From positions 6,935-70,934 of the forward strand of contig JBGAQN010000001.1 in assembly GCA_044220725.1 (NCBI GenBank): a stretch of DNA of 64,000 nucleotides, read 5' to 3'. Positions 1-9,314 of this stretch are shown here, piece by piece. The translations under genes were made by a program, and so were the position numbers. The notes under the pieces are model-generated. The model was not told where the DNA came from. It was given only the letters and a program-made list of their open reading frames with translations, and did not search any database. Origin of the DNA: Dermatophilaceae bacterium (GTDB lineage Bacteria > Actinomycetota > Actinomycetes > Actinomycetales > Dermatophilaceae). Position 1 is the first letter of the stretch, and every line of letters starts with the position of its first letter.

Positions 1-1261
1 GGGTGTCGTGGTCGAGGTCGCACCTGGGTGCGGGGACCTGGCAACCGGGGGCACGGCATACCTGATCTCGGGTGACCACGTGGGCGCGCACCCGTGCGGG
101 CGGGACGTAACGGTGGGTCGACAGTTCGACGAGGGTGCCGGTCAGGGGCTCGGTGACCAGCCGCTGCCAGATGCTGCCAGGGGCGTGGGCCAGATCGCGG
201 GCGTGGTCAGCGTGGATCCACCCGTGGCCCGGCAGTTCGGCCAGGCCGTCGCGGGCGCCGGTGAGCACGTCGAAGGGGACGACGACCTGCACCAGGGCGG
301 CGGGCAGGTCGCCCAGGGCACCCCAGTCGATCCCGCTCGGCCGGCTCGCCGCCACACCCGCCGCCACACCCTGCGAACCCCGCTGCGTCACCTCAGCGTC
401 GGCGGTTGCATTCGCGCTCAAGCCCGCGTTCGGCTGAGCGAGTGTCCCGTTGAGCAGCAGGTCCAGGGCCACGTCGGAGCGCAATTGGGCCAGCGTCCGG
501 TTCGGGTAGCGGCCGGCCGACCGGATCCGACGGGCCATAGCATCGACCCGCTCGATCGCGGCGGCCACCCGACCACCGTCACCGGTGACCCAGAGGCACC
601 CCGACCCATCCGGACGCACTTCGGCATGCGCGTCACGTCGAGCCAACGCCTCGATCCGACCGCGGTCCGGGTCGCCGCCGCGGCGGGTCAGCTCGCGCCG
701 CAGTCGGCGGCGGCGCAGTTGGTGGGAGGGCCGTGACCCATCCCGGCCCGGCGCGGTCACCACCTGAACCACCTCGTCGGCCACCGCCGGGGCCAGGTCA
801 GCGGTGTCCTCATGCAGACCGATCACCTGCCACAGAGCCAGATCACCGACCGCCAGCAGGGCAAGGAGCGTGTCGACCCGAGCCGGGTCCGCGACCGCGA
901 GACTCAGCCGACGGCGACACTCGCTCTCCCCCAGGCCGGTCGCCGCCATCACCTCATCCACCGCACCCGAGTGGGCAACCGACGCCGACCAGTCCCGCTC
1001 ACCCGCCGTCACCACCGGCCGTCCCGGCTCGGCCAGCGCATCCAGGTATGCCGCGTGCAGCATTCGCCACGCCGGCAGGGCCGCCGCGTCGAGCCGGGAC
1101 TTCAACCGTTCGATGAGCTCGATGAGCCCCAACGCCGCAGCCGCCGTTGGGGCGCCCGCTATATCCAGATGGGTCGGCTCGAGCGCATCAAGGATGTCGC
1201 CGGGAGTATGCGGGAGGCTCAACTTGCTCCCGCATGCCGGTCTGACGACGTCCCGATTCAT
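1..1261 (-). CDS. DUF222/HNH endonuclease, 13E12-repeat family (C-terminus runs off left edge)
   Basis: Absent from the ORF track because there is no in-window stop. Hand translation of the minus strand from ATG 1261-1259 stays open to position 2: MNRDVVRPACGSKLSLPHTPGDILDALEPTHLD...ELPGHGWIHADHARDLAHAPGSIWQRLVTEPLTGTLVELSTHRYVPPARVRAHVVTRDQVCRAPGCQVPAPRCDLDHD. This is a DUF222 body followed by the start of the HNH signature. Confidence 0.8.
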   Translation of the reverse strand, partial: MNRDVVRPACGSKLSLPHTPGDILDALEPTHLDIAGAPTAAAALGLIELIERLKSRLDAAALPAWRMLHAAYLDALAEPGRPVVTAGERDWSASVAHSGAVDEVMAATGLGESECRRRLSLAVADPARVDTLLALLAVGDLALWQVIGLHEDTADLAPAVADEVVQVVTAPGRDGSRPSHQLRRRRLRRELTRRGGDPDRGRIEALARRDAHAEVRPDGSGCLWVTGDGGRVAAAIERVDAMARRIRSAGRYPNRTLAQLRSDVALDLLLNGTLAQPNAGLSANATADAEVTQRGSQGVAAGVAASRPSGIDWGALGDLPAALVQVVVPFDVLTGARDGLAELPGHGWIHADHARDLAHAPGSIWQRLVTEPLTGTLVELSTHRYVPPARVRAHVVTRDQVCRAPGCQVPAPRCDLDHDT

Positions 1262-1274
1262 GCTGATATTCTAT

Positions 1275-1290
1275 CCGAACGTACGTTCGA
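1275..1290. promoter_or_regulatory. LexA SOS box (GAAC-N4-GTTC type)
   Basis: CCGAACGTACGTTCGA. The core CGAACGTACGTTCG (1276-1289) is a perfect palindrome matching the TCGAAC-N4-GTTCGA Gram-positive/mycobacterial consensus. It lies 14-29 nt upstream of the ATG at 1261, in an AT-richer spacer. Confidence 0.6.
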
Positions 1291-1381
1291 TTACAAGGCC
1301 AATCTCGTTACAGACCAATGAAATAGCCGACAGGCTAAGGTGTCATTTCAGGCTCAGCACGACAGGCCATGGGCGAGCGCA

Positions 1382-3274
1382 TCAACGGCCCACTGGCGCA
1401 CCTCCGGGAGGCGCGCCACCACCGCTCCCGACACCGGGGACCCGGACACCGCCACCGGTGAGACCGCCCAGCCCGCCGCCGAAGCCTCCGAACCCGCCGT
1501 TGGTCGGCAGTGGTATCGAGGCGTCGCCGATGACGACGATGTCCCCGACCGACAGCCCCGAGCGGATCTGCACCTTTCCTCCGCCGACGGCCCCGATCTG
1601 GACCATCGTCGCGGTGACGACCCCACCTTTCAGTAGCCCCACCGAACCTGTGCCGGTGCCGACCCCCGTGACCGCAGAGGCCGGCACGGTCAGCGCCCCG
1701 TCGACCTTGGTGGTGACGATCGCGACGGCGGCCTTCCCTCCCGTGCCGACCGATTCCGGGGCCTCGGCGACGAGGATGTCGACGGCATTCGTGGGGGTCG
1801 ACGACCCCGTGGTCCCGGTGGACGCCGTGGGCAGTAGGGCCACCTGCGCGACGGCCCCATCCATGGCCGGAACACCGGTCACCGTGACATGTGCAGTCTG
1901 TCCGACGGCGACCGAAGGGATGCTCGCCTGGGGGACCTGGACCGTCACCTTCGCGGCGCCGGAGCCGACGACCTGTATGCCGTTCGCCACCGAGGCCGTA
2001 TCGCCGACCCCCCAGGGGATGGAACCGATCCGTCCGGCCGCCGGAGCCGTCAATGTGGCGCCGTCGAGGTTCGCGGTCGCCTTGGTGAGGGCGGCCTCGG
2101 CACTGGTGACATTGGCCCGATCAGTGATCAACCGCGCCTCCGAAACCGTGCCGGCCTGACCGCTTGCTCCCGTCTGAGCGGCCGACTGGGCCGACGATGG
2201 GGCGGCCGCCTGGGAGGCGGCTTGTGCCGCCGCTGCGGCTTGCGCCGAGGCGGTGAGCGAGGCGGCATACGAGGTCAGGGCCGACCCGGCCGAACGTTGC
2301 GCTGCGGAGAGCGCAGAAAGCGCCGCCACACACTGAGTGACCTGCGCCGTCGTCGGTCCGCTGGCTGTGGTCGACGTTGCCGGGGTCGATGTTGCCGGGG
2401 TCGACGTTGCCGGGGTCGACGACAGTAGCTCGCTTGCCGCCGTGCGCACCGTCGCGCTGACGTTGGCCGACGTCAGGCCAACTGCGCTCGGGGTCGACAG
2501 CGAAGCACTCGCGTTCGACAGCGAAGCACTCGGGCTGGTTTCCGTGGGGTTGGTTTTCGTAGGGTTGGTGCCCGTGGGGTTGGTGCCCGTGGGATTTGCC
2601 GATGTCGTTCCCAGGATCGAGGCACAGGCGGTCGACACGGCGCGTTCCGCGACCGTGACTGCGGCGAGGGCAGCCTGGGTCGACCCTTGCGTCCCAGACC
2701 CCGAGCCAGAACCTGAGCCAGAGCCAGACCCTGCTCCTGTGCCTGTGCCCGTGATCGTTGCCGAGGGGGTCGCAGTCGCGGACGAGCTACCAGCGCCGCC
2801 CGACCCGGAGCCCCCGGTGCCCGTGACAGTGCCCGTCCCACTCGTGCCCGTCCCACTCGTGCCCGAACTCGTCGTGCTCGCCGCGTCGACATCAGCTGCC
2901 AAAGTCGCTTTAGCCTGATCGAGGGTGGCTTGGGCATCGAGCACGGCTTGGCGCAGCGGCGTTGGATCGAGGGTGGCCAAAGGTTGCCCCGCCGACACCA
3001 GATCGCCTACGGCCACAGACAATCCCGCGACCGTGCCGCTGACCGGGAAGCGTGCGGTCAGCTGGCTCACTCGGGTGACCGAGCCCGTCAGCGTGAGTGT
3101 CTGTTCGATCGAACCGGTCGTCACCCGGCTCGTGCGCAGGGCCGTCGGCGCAGCGCCCCCGCCAGCGCCATTGGCGAGGTAACTCCCGCCGACGAGGACC
3201 AGGGCCATCGCCGCGAGGATCGCAGCGAGGTTCAGCCATCGCCGCCGACGAATGGTGATCACCCGGTTGCCCAC
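1382..3274 (-). CDS. HlyD-family periplasmic adaptor (membrane fusion protein) with long low-complexity inserts
   Basis: C-terminal ~630 aa of ORF 1382..3436. TM anchor RRRRWLNLAAILAAMALVLVGG, then SIEQTLTLTGSV...VSGTVAGLSVAVGDLVSAGQPLATLD and the lipoyl/beta-barrel C-terminal part. Start set at GTG 3274 (GTG 3262 is also possible). Confidence 0.75.
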   Translation of the reverse strand: MGNRVITIRRRRWLNLAAILAAMALVLVGGSYLANGAGGGAAPTALRTSRVTTGSIEQTLTLTGSVTRVSQLTARFPVSGTVAGLSVAVGDLVSAGQPLATLDPTPLRQAVLDAQATLDQAKATLAADVDAASTTSSGTSGTGTSGTGTVTGTGGSGSGGAGSSSATATPSATITGTGTGAGSGSGSGSGSGSGTQGSTQAALAAVTVAERAVSTACASILGTTSANPTGTNPTGTNPTKTNPTETSPSASLSNASASLSTPSAVGLTSANVSATVRTAASELLSSTPATSTPATSTPATSTTASGPTTAQVTQCVAALSALSAAQRSAGSALTSYAASLTASAQAAAAAQAASQAAAPSSAQSAAQTGASGQAGTVSEARLITDRANVTSAEAALTKATANLDGATLTAPAAGRIGSIPWGVGDTASVANGIQVVGSGAAKVTVQVPQASIPSVAVGQTAHVTVTGVPAMDGAVAQVALLPTASTGTTGSSTPTNAVDILVAEAPESVGTGGKAAVAIVTTKVDGALTVPASAVTGVGTGTGSVGLLKGGVVTATMVQIGAVGGGKVQIRSGLSVGDIVVIGDASIPLPTNGGFGGFGGGLGGLTGGGVRVPGVGSGGGAPPGGAPVGR

Positions 3275-3290
3275 AGGGGCTGCGACGCGG

Positions 3291-4223
3291 TCACCCACGG
3301 GGGCCGCCCTGGCTCGGGCAGACACCGTCGACCGCGTCGCGCAGAACGATCGAGGTCGCGGTGACCTTGCCGATGTCGTCGGTGGCCCCCACCGCGGTGG
3401 CGCACAACCCGACCGCAATCGCCGATGCCGGCACAACCGTGATCGTCGTCACCGTGGGCCCCGCCGACAACGTCACGGTCACCGGTGTCGTCGACGGCGC
3501 TGCCGATGCGGCCGGATCAGCCCCACCCCCACCGTCCGCGCGAACCGCACTGGCCACAATGACATCTCCGCCTCCGACGCTCATGACCAGACCCGCGACC
3601 CCGGAACCGCCCAGCCCGCGACCCACCGCGCCGGCACCCGGCGGGACCTGGTCGCCCGTGGGTCGGTCGGTCGGCGCGCCGGAGGGGCCACCACCGGCGG
3701 AGCGTATGCCGCCCCCACCGCCGAAGACATCAGCGCAGGCCCCGTTGACTGCCGCAGCGACCTGCACCGTCCCCGCGGTGACCGCCCCGGCCTGCGCGGT
3801 GGCCGCCCCCGGCCCGGCTGTGGCGCTGGCGTCGACGGCGGCACTGCGCACGACGACGCAGACGCCTGGGACAATGTCGGACACGGTGCCAGCAGCACTT
3901 CGGGTGATCCGGGTCGCGGTGGTCCAGCCCACAGCTGTCTGCTTGGTCGCCGATTGGACCTGCATTGTCGTTCCTTCGACTGCGGCAATGAGGCCACTGA
4001 CGCCCGGCATCCGAGGCGTGCCGTTCCCAGGCGCCCCGGTCCGAGTCGAGCCTGCCGCGGGGGTCGTTGCGGCCGTGGTGGATCCGCTTGCACTGCAACC
4101 CGATAGCCACGTCGTAGCCACAGCCAGCGTCGCGAATATGGCGCCCCGTCGGACGGATCCACCGATGGGGAGGCCGCGGTCGGTGAGGCGGCCGCGGACG
4201 GCGCGAAACGGCATACCGGACAT
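3291..4223 (-). CDS. secreted lipoprotein, unknown function
   Basis: Within ORF 3291..4322. ATG at 4223 gives MSGMPFRAV...AIFATLAVATTWLSGCSAS (lipobox). Gly/Ala-rich with two beta-rich modules. It sits 8 nt after the permease stop. Confidence 0.6.
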   Translation of the reverse strand: MSGMPFRAVRGRLTDRGLPIGGSVRRGAIFATLAVATTWLSGCSASGSTTAATTPAAGSTRTGAPGNGTPRMPGVSGLIAAVEGTTMQVQSATKQTAVGWTTATRITRSAAGTVSDIVPGVCVVVRSAAVDASATAGPGAATAQAGAVTAGTVQVAAAVNGACADVFGGGGGIRSAGGGPSGAPTDRPTGDQVPPGAGAVGRGLGGSGVAGLVMSVGGGDVIVASAVRADGGGGADPAASAAPSTTPVTVTLSAGPTVTTITVVPASAIAVGLCATAVGATDDIGKVTATSIVLRDAVDGVCPSQGGPRG

Positions 4224-4230
4224 AGCATTC

Positions 4231-5460
4231 CTATTCACTGCGAAGGGCTTCGATGGGGGCAAGGCGTGCGGCACGGCTGGCCGGATAGACCCCGGCGGTG
4301 ATGCCGATGACGAGGGAGACACCCAGGCCCGCTGCCGCCGCGACCGGCGACATGGCGACGGGGAAGTTCACGAGCTTGGGCAACCCGACGGCCCCGAGCC
4401 AACCCAACGCGAGTCCGGCCAAACCGCCGGCCAGACCGAGCAGGCTCGCTTCGACGAGGAACTGTCGCAGAATGACCCGCGGCGTTGCGCCGAGCGCCTT
4501 GCGCAGGCCGATCTCACGGATCCGCTCGGTCACCGAGACGAGCATGATGTTCATGACCCCAATGCCGCCGACGAGCAACGAGATCGCGGCGATGCTCGAC
4601 AGGAGCACGGTGAGAATGCGGGTGGTGCTCGTGGCGGTCTCGACGATCGCTTGCTGACTGCTGACGGTGAAGTCCTGCGAGGACAGCGTCACCCCGTGAG
4701 CCGAAAGCAGGGCGTTGGTCGTCTCCTGGTATGCCGCGGAGAGGCTTGCCGAGTCCTTGGCTTCGATGTAGATCGTCGAGACGCTGCGCGGATTGACGCT
4801 AGTCGACAGTCGCGCGGCATACGTCGACTGGGGGATGACGACGAGATCGTCTTGGTCGCCGCCGGTCGTCGAACCTTCGGCATTGAGGACGCCGATGACG
4901 GTGACGTTCTGACCGCCGACGGTGATGGTCTGGCCGATCGGGTTGGCCAAGGACAGCAGTTGGGTAGCGGTCGTCTGCCCGAGGACGGCGACGGCGCTCT
5001 CCGAGGTCAACTCGTCGGCCGTGAAGAACCGGCCCTGGCTGACGGTGCGCGCCCGCACCGACGCCCAATCGGGAGTCGTGGCAACAACATTCGCGGTCCA
5101 GGTGGTTGTGCCCGCGACGAGGCTGAGCGATCCGCCCGACACCGGCGCGACCCGAGCGATATCAGGGGCCACGGTTGGATCGGCGAGCATCGCGGCATCG
5201 TCCATCGTGAGCGTGGTCGCCGAACCGCGGCCGCCGCGGACCCCGGAGGCATTCGTCGAACTGCCCGGCGAGACGATGAGCAGGTTCGAACCGAGTTTGT
5301 TGATCTGTTCGGTGACCTGCTGTTGGGCACCCTGCCCAAGCCCGACGGTGAGCATCACCGCGGCGATCCCGATGAGGATTCCGAGCATGGTCAGCGCGGA
5401 CCGCAGGCGACGGGTCCGCAGGGCGTCGTATGCCGTGCGCAGCGTCTCCAGCCACGTCAC
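4231..5460 (-). CDS. MacB-type ABC transporter permease (FtsX-like with periplasmic domain)
   Basis: ORF 4231..5460: RSALTMLGILIGIAAVMLTVGLGQGAQQQVTEQINKLGSNLLIVSPG...REIGLRKALGATPRVILRQFLVEA. Confidence 0.9.
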   Translation of the reverse strand: MTWLETLRTAYDALRTRRLRSALTMLGILIGIAAVMLTVGLGQGAQQQVTEQINKLGSNLLIVSPGSSTNASGVRGGRGSATTLTMDDAAMLADPTVAPDIARVAPVSGGSLSLVAGTTTWTANVVATTPDWASVRARTVSQGRFFTADELTSESAVAVLGQTTATQLLSLANPIGQTITVGGQNVTVIGVLNAEGSTTGGDQDDLVVIPQSTYAARLSTSVNPRSVSTIYIEAKDSASLSAAYQETTNALLSAHGVTLSSQDFTVSSQQAIVETATSTTRILTVLLSSIAAISLLVGGIGVMNIMLVSVTERIREIGLRKALGATPRVILRQFLVEASLLGLAGGLAGLALGWLGAVGLPKLVNFPVAMSPVAAAAGLGVSLVIGITAGVYPASRAARLAPIEALRSE

Positions 5461-6239
5461 CGACGTGCTCCCGTCGACTCGTCCAACTGACCGTCCCGCA
5501 TGACGACCATCCGCCTGGCGGCCTGCGCCACATCGTGTTCATGGGTGATCAGGACGATGGTGCGACCCGCGGCGTTGAGCTCGGCAAAGAGCCCGAGCAT
5601 CTCCGTCGTCGACGCCGAGTCGAGATTGCCGGTCGGCTCGTCGGCGAGGATGAGGTCGGGCTCGGTGACGAGGGCTCGGGCCACCGACACGCGCTGTTGC
5701 TGGCCACCGGACAACTCGCCGGGGCGGTGGTCGACTCGGTCGGCCAGGCCAACCCGAGCGAGGGCGTCCACGGCTCGGCGGCGCCGCTCGGCCCGCGAGA
5801 CCCCCGCGTAGACCAGCGGGAGCTCGACGTTGCGCCAGGCGGACATCGTCGGAAGCAAGTTGAACTGCTGGAAGACGAAGCCGATCCGCTGGTTGCGAAC
5901 CACGGCCAGGTCGCTCTCGCCCATCCCGGCGACGTCGACGCCGGCCAGCCGGTAGCTGCCCGCTGTCGGCACGTCGAGGCAGCCGATGATGTGCATGAGG
6001 GTGGACTTCCCTGAGCCGGACGGGCCCATGATGGCGACGAAGTCCCCTTCGTCAACCACGAGGTCGACGCCTCGGACGGCAGCCACCTCGAGGGACCCAG
6101 ATGCGTAGACCTTGGCGACCCCACGCAATTCCAGAAGGGCACCGGAGCGGCCACCAGGCTGGGGGCCTGACGGTGTGCCCAAGGGTGAGTCACCGGGTGA
6201 GCCCAAGGGTGTCGCCCAATCAGCCGTCGCGGCGGTCAC
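5457..6239 (-). CDS. ABC transporter ATP-binding protein (MacB/LolD type)
   Basis: C-terminal 260 aa of the 1077-aa ORF. Walker [10 protein letters not shown], signature LSGGQQQRV, Walker [15 protein letters not shown] 6239 overlaps the upstream TGA (GTGA). Confidence 0.9.
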   Translation of the reverse strand: MTAATADWATPLGSPGDSPLGTPSGPQPGGRSGALLELRGVAKVYASGSLEVAAVRGVDLVVDEGDFVAIMGPSGSGKSTLMHIIGCLDVPTAGSYRLAGVDVAGMGESDLAVVRNQRIGFVFQQFNLLPTMSAWRNVELPLVYAGVSRAERRRRAVDALARVGLADRVDHRPGELSGGQQQRVSVARALVTEPDLILADEPTGNLDSASTTEMLGLFAELNAAGRTIVLITHEHDVAQAARRMVVMRDGQLDESTGARR

Positions 6240-7459
6240 GGCACGACTCCCGGCGGCGGCCCCTGGAGATTTCCCTGGCCTCCCGGGACCGCTCCGCCGC
6301 CGGTTGCCCCTGCTCCGGCTCCGCTCCCCCGGGTGCGAGTGCCGGTGCTTTGATTGCCCACTCCGCCCACCCCGCCAACACCGGTGACGAGCACCTGGTC
6401 TCCGTCGAGCAGGCCGCTGAGGATCTGCGTGGCGGCGCCCTGGACCATGCCGACCTGCACCGCGGTCGTCACGTTCGCGCCGTCGACGACCTTGGTCACC
6501 ACGGTCTTGCCCGACTCGGTGCGAATGGCCGAGGTCGGCACGGTGAGTGCGTCGGCGACCTCCTTGACGATGATCGCGACGGTGGCCGACGACCCGGCAT
6601 ACAGGCCCTTCGGCGAGCCGGTCACCGCGATGGTGACGGGGAAGGTGGCCACCCCACTCGTCGAGGTCGCGATCACCCCGATGGTCGCGACGGTGCCGAA
6701 GACGAGGGTGCGTGAACCCGATGGCGTGATCTGGGCCTGCATGCCGGGCTTGAGCAGCGGCAGGTCGGCGGAGGTGACCGAGGTCGAGACGAGCCAGGCA
6801 TCGGTGGTGATGACGACGATGGCGGCACTCGATGACGACGACCAGCCGGACCCCGAACCGGCCGCCGAAGCACCAGTCCCACCGGCCGAGGAGGTCCCTC
6901 CGCCGGTGACGGTGTCGCCGGCAGCGACATTGACGATGGCGACGGTGCCGGCCACGGGGCTGGTGAGCACCGCGTTGTCCAGGGTGGCTTGAGCGGTCGT
7001 CAACTTGGCCCGCGCTGCGGTCAGTTGGGACGTGGCCGCGGTGAGTTGGCTGGTGGTCGTCGTGCTGCTGGCTTTGATCGTCGTGAGATTGGCCTGGGCG
7101 GAGGAGACGTTGGCGGCGGCCAGGTCGACAGCCGTGCGCAGATCCGTCGGGTCGATGGCAGCGACTCGCTGGCCGACGGTGACGACATCGCCGACCTTCA
7201 CCTCGACGCTCTTGACCGTGCCGGACGAAGCGAACCGGAGGTTGGACTGGATTTTGGGGTTGATCGTGCCCGTGGCGCTGACCGTCTGGCTGAGGGTCTG
7301 CACAGACGCGGACACGACGACCGAGGGCGCAACCGGCCCGGTCAACGAGGTTGTCCGGGACCTGATCCACCAGCCGGCGCCGCCGACCGCAAGGAGCGTC
7401 ACGACCAGACCGACGACCAGCCTGCGCCGACCCGCGGACGTGAAGGAGAAGCTCGCCAT
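6236..7459 (-). CDS. HlyD-family periplasmic adaptor (membrane fusion protein)
   Basis: ORF 6236..7552. ATG 7459 gives MASFSFTSAGRRRLVVGLVVTLLAVGG (TM), then TGTINPKIQSNLRFASSGTVKSVEVKVGDVVTVGQRVAAID and coiled-coil-like TSQLTAATSQLTAARAKL. Confidence 0.8.
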   Translation of the reverse strand: MASFSFTSAGRRRLVVGLVVTLLAVGGAGWWIRSRTTSLTGPVAPSVVVSASVQTLSQTVSATGTINPKIQSNLRFASSGTVKSVEVKVGDVVTVGQRVAAIDPTDLRTAVDLAAANVSSAQANLTTIKASSTTTTSQLTAATSQLTAARAKLTTAQATLDNAVLTSPVAGTVAIVNVAAGDTVTGGGTSSAGGTGASAAGSGSGWSSSSSAAIVVITTDAWLVSTSVTSADLPLLKPGMQAQITPSGSRTLVFGTVATIGVIATSTSGVATFPVTIAVTGSPKGLYAGSSATVAIIVKEVADALTVPTSAIRTESGKTVVTKVVDGANVTTAVQVGMVQGAATQILSGLLDGDQVLVTGVGGVGGVGNQSTGTRTRGSGAGAGATGGGAVPGGQGNLQGPPPGVVP

Positions 7460-7634
7460 GGTGTCCTTTCCCGGGCGCTGCCCGGCCCCAGGGACGTCCT
7501 GGGTCGACGCGCGAATGGGCAGCATCCGACCACGCCAACCTGGGTCGAACACTGGGGAAACCTGTGAACCGGCTGTGCGTCAGGGTGCGCGACCACGCCC
7601 CAGCGACACCCCTGGACGCGAGAGAATCACCCAT

Positions 7635-8297
7635 ATGGACGCGCACTCCTGGGACGAGAGGTATGCCGCTGCCGACCTCGTGTGGTCGGCCGGCCCCAAC
7701 GCGACGGTCGCCGAACTCGTGGCCGAGCTGCCCGCCGGGCAGGCGCTCGATGTCGGCGCTGGAGAGGGTCGCAACGCGATCTGGCTGGCCGAATTGGGCT
7801 GGAACGCCGACGCGCTCGACTTCTCTCGAGTTGCCTTGGAGCGCGCGGAGCAGATCTCCGCCGGGCGGCTCCAGCCCGGGTCCGGCGCAGGCAGCCTGCG
7901 CACCATCGTGGCCGATGTCCTCGCCTGGCATCCGGTTGCCAACCACTACGACCTGGTCCTCGTGGTGTTCCTCCACCTGCCCGCCGCCGACCGAGCCCGG
8001 GTGCATCGTCAGGTCGCTGCGGGGGTGGCCCCGGGCGGGCAGCTGATCGTCCTCGCCCACGACCGGTCGAACCTCACCGAGGGTGTCGGCGGGCCGCAAG
8101 ACCCCGCCATCCTGCCGACTCCGGCCGACGTGGTCGCCGACCTCGCCGACAGCGGGCTCACCATCGAACGGGCCGAGATCGTGCTGCGCCCGGTCGACGG
8201 GGCGGATCGGCCCGCTCGAGACTGCCTCGTCCTGGCCACTCGCCCATCGACCGCCGCGACCACTTCGACCACTTCGACCGGCCCGACGGGAGCCTGA
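7635..8297 (+). CDS. class I SAM-dependent methyltransferase
   Basis: C-terminal 220 aa of ORF 7005..8297: MDAHSWDERYAAADLVW...LDVGAGEGRNAIWLAELGW (motif I). Confidence 0.8.
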   Translation: MDAHSWDERYAAADLVWSAGPNATVAELVAELPAGQALDVGAGEGRNAIWLAELGWNADALDFSRVALERAEQISAGRLQPGSGAGSLRTIVADVLAWHPVANHYDLVLVVFLHLPAADRARVHRQVAAGVAPGGQLIVLAHDRSNLTEGVGGPQDPAILPTPADVVADLADSGLTIERAEIVLRPVDGADRPARDCLVLATRPSTAATTSTTSTGPTGA

Positions 8298-8299
8298 CC

Positions 8300-8998
8300 A
8301 TGGCCAGGCCCATCGGGTGGTTGCCTGTGCGCGGGGTGATCTTCGACTTCCACAGCACCCTCGGGCACGGCGGTGACCCGGCCGACTGGCTGGACGGCGC
8401 CTGGGCGGACCTCCGACGCCCCAGCTCCCCCCAGAACCTCGAGACCGAGACTCGGTATGCCGCTCTCCTGGACTTCCTCGACCGGATCTGGGAGCACGCC
8501 GCGGTGGTCGACCCACGCAGCGAGCGCGATCTGGACCCGGCCCGGCACCGCGAGGTGTTCGACGCCACCGTGGGCCCACGCACCGATCTCGGCCTGGATC
8601 CGGAGCTCGCCGACGCTCTCTACCGGACGATGCTCGACCGGTGGGCAGCCTATCCGGACGCGGTGCCGACCCTGCAAGAGGTGCGGGCACACGGCATACG
8701 GACGACGATCCTGTCCAATATGGGAGTTGACCTGCACCCTGTTCTCACCCGCGAAGGCCTAGCCGCGCACCTGGACGCTGTCGTCCTGTCGTGGGAGTGC
8801 GGGGTGGTCAAGCCCGCGGCCGCAGCATTCGAGGCGGCGCTCGAGGCGCTCGAGCTGCCCGCCGCCGAGGTGCTCATGGTCGGCGACAACGCGATCGACG
8901 ATGCCGGAGCGGCTGCGGTGGGGATCCGCACCCTCCTGCTGCCGCGCTCGACCGGCGTCGGTGCACGCGGACTGGGCATCGTCTCCCGGCTGGTCTGA
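8300..8998 (+). CDS. HAD-superfamily hydrolase
   Basis: C-terminal 232 aa of ORF 7682..8998: VRGVIFDFHSTL...ILSNMG...VVKPAAAAFEAAL...LMVGDNAIDD. The start is 2 nt after the methyltransferase stop. Confidence 0.8.
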   Translation: MARPIGWLPVRGVIFDFHSTLGHGGDPADWLDGAWADLRRPSSPQNLETETRYAALLDFLDRIWEHAAVVDPRSERDLDPARHREVFDATVGPRTDLGLDPELADALYRTMLDRWAAYPDAVPTLQEVRAHGIRTTILSNMGVDLHPVLTREGLAAHLDAVVLSWECGVVKPAAAAFEAALEALELPAAEVLMVGDNAIDDAGAAAVGIRTLLLPRSTGVGARGLGIVSRLV

Positions 8999-9129
8999 GG
9001 ACCCCCGGGACAGCCCAGAAAGAATTTTGGAAAGTTTTCGAAACTCCTGTCATGACCACAGGGGGTACTCGTCCTATATCCGACTCGAAGCACTGAGGCC
9101 GGGGGGCTCGGAGGCGGGAGCGAGTCAGC

Positions 9130-9235
9130 GTGGTTCGCCCTTCCGGAGGGTTCGGAGGGGACCAGCCGGAAGGGCGAACCACGAACACCACAAACGTGGT
9201 GGGTGGGCCAGAAGGGAGAGCTGGCCCACCCACCA
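9130..9235. other. two long perfect hairpins in a convergent spacer
   Basis: GTGGTTCGCCCTTCCGG (9130-9146) pairs with CCGGAAGGGCGAACCAC (9166-9182), a 17-bp stem. TGGTGGGTGGGCCAG (9197-9211) pairs with CTGGCCCACCCACCA (9221-9235), a 15-bp stem. Confidence 0.6.
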
Positions 9236-9284
9236 TGCCCAACGGGGGCGCACGACGCCTGGGGGCTTGAAGCCAGGGCGGATG

Positions 9285-9314
9285 GGACGGCGGGGGAGCC
9301 GACCCATCCGCCCT
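9285..9314. terminator. hairpin, probable (bidirectional) intrinsic terminator
   Basis: AGGGCGGATGGG / CCCATCCGCCCT is a 12-bp perfect stem. It is followed on the + strand by the T-rich GCTTCTGTTTCGGCTT and lies 19 nt from the SDR stop on the minus strand. Confidence 0.5.

Noticed and set aside
804-2159. 451-aa plus-strand ORF, together with the neighbouring 8..736, 733..1116 and 812..1321 ORFs.
   Set aside because: They lie antisense to the DUF222/HNH gene and the adaptor gene. They are Pro/Arg/Ser-rich with no recognisable motifs.
5457-8690. 1077-aa minus-strand ORF spanning the ATPase, the adaptor, the methyltransferase and the HAD regions.
   Set aside because: Only the last 260 aa (the ABC ATPase) look like protein. 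The N-terminal ~800 aa are Arg/Pro/Gly-rich shadow sequence. They overlap a well-supported adaptor gene in another frame and two plus-strand genes. This is a typical high-GC open-frame artefact.
9130-9235. Possible SRP (4.5S) RNA, because of CCAGCCGGAAGGGCGAAC resembling the helix-8 GGAA tetraloop region.
   Set aside because: The segment forms a perfect 17-bp inverted repeat with the upstream arm. It lacks the conserved asymmetric and symmetric internal loops of SRP RNA, and no matching 5'/3' closing helix was found.
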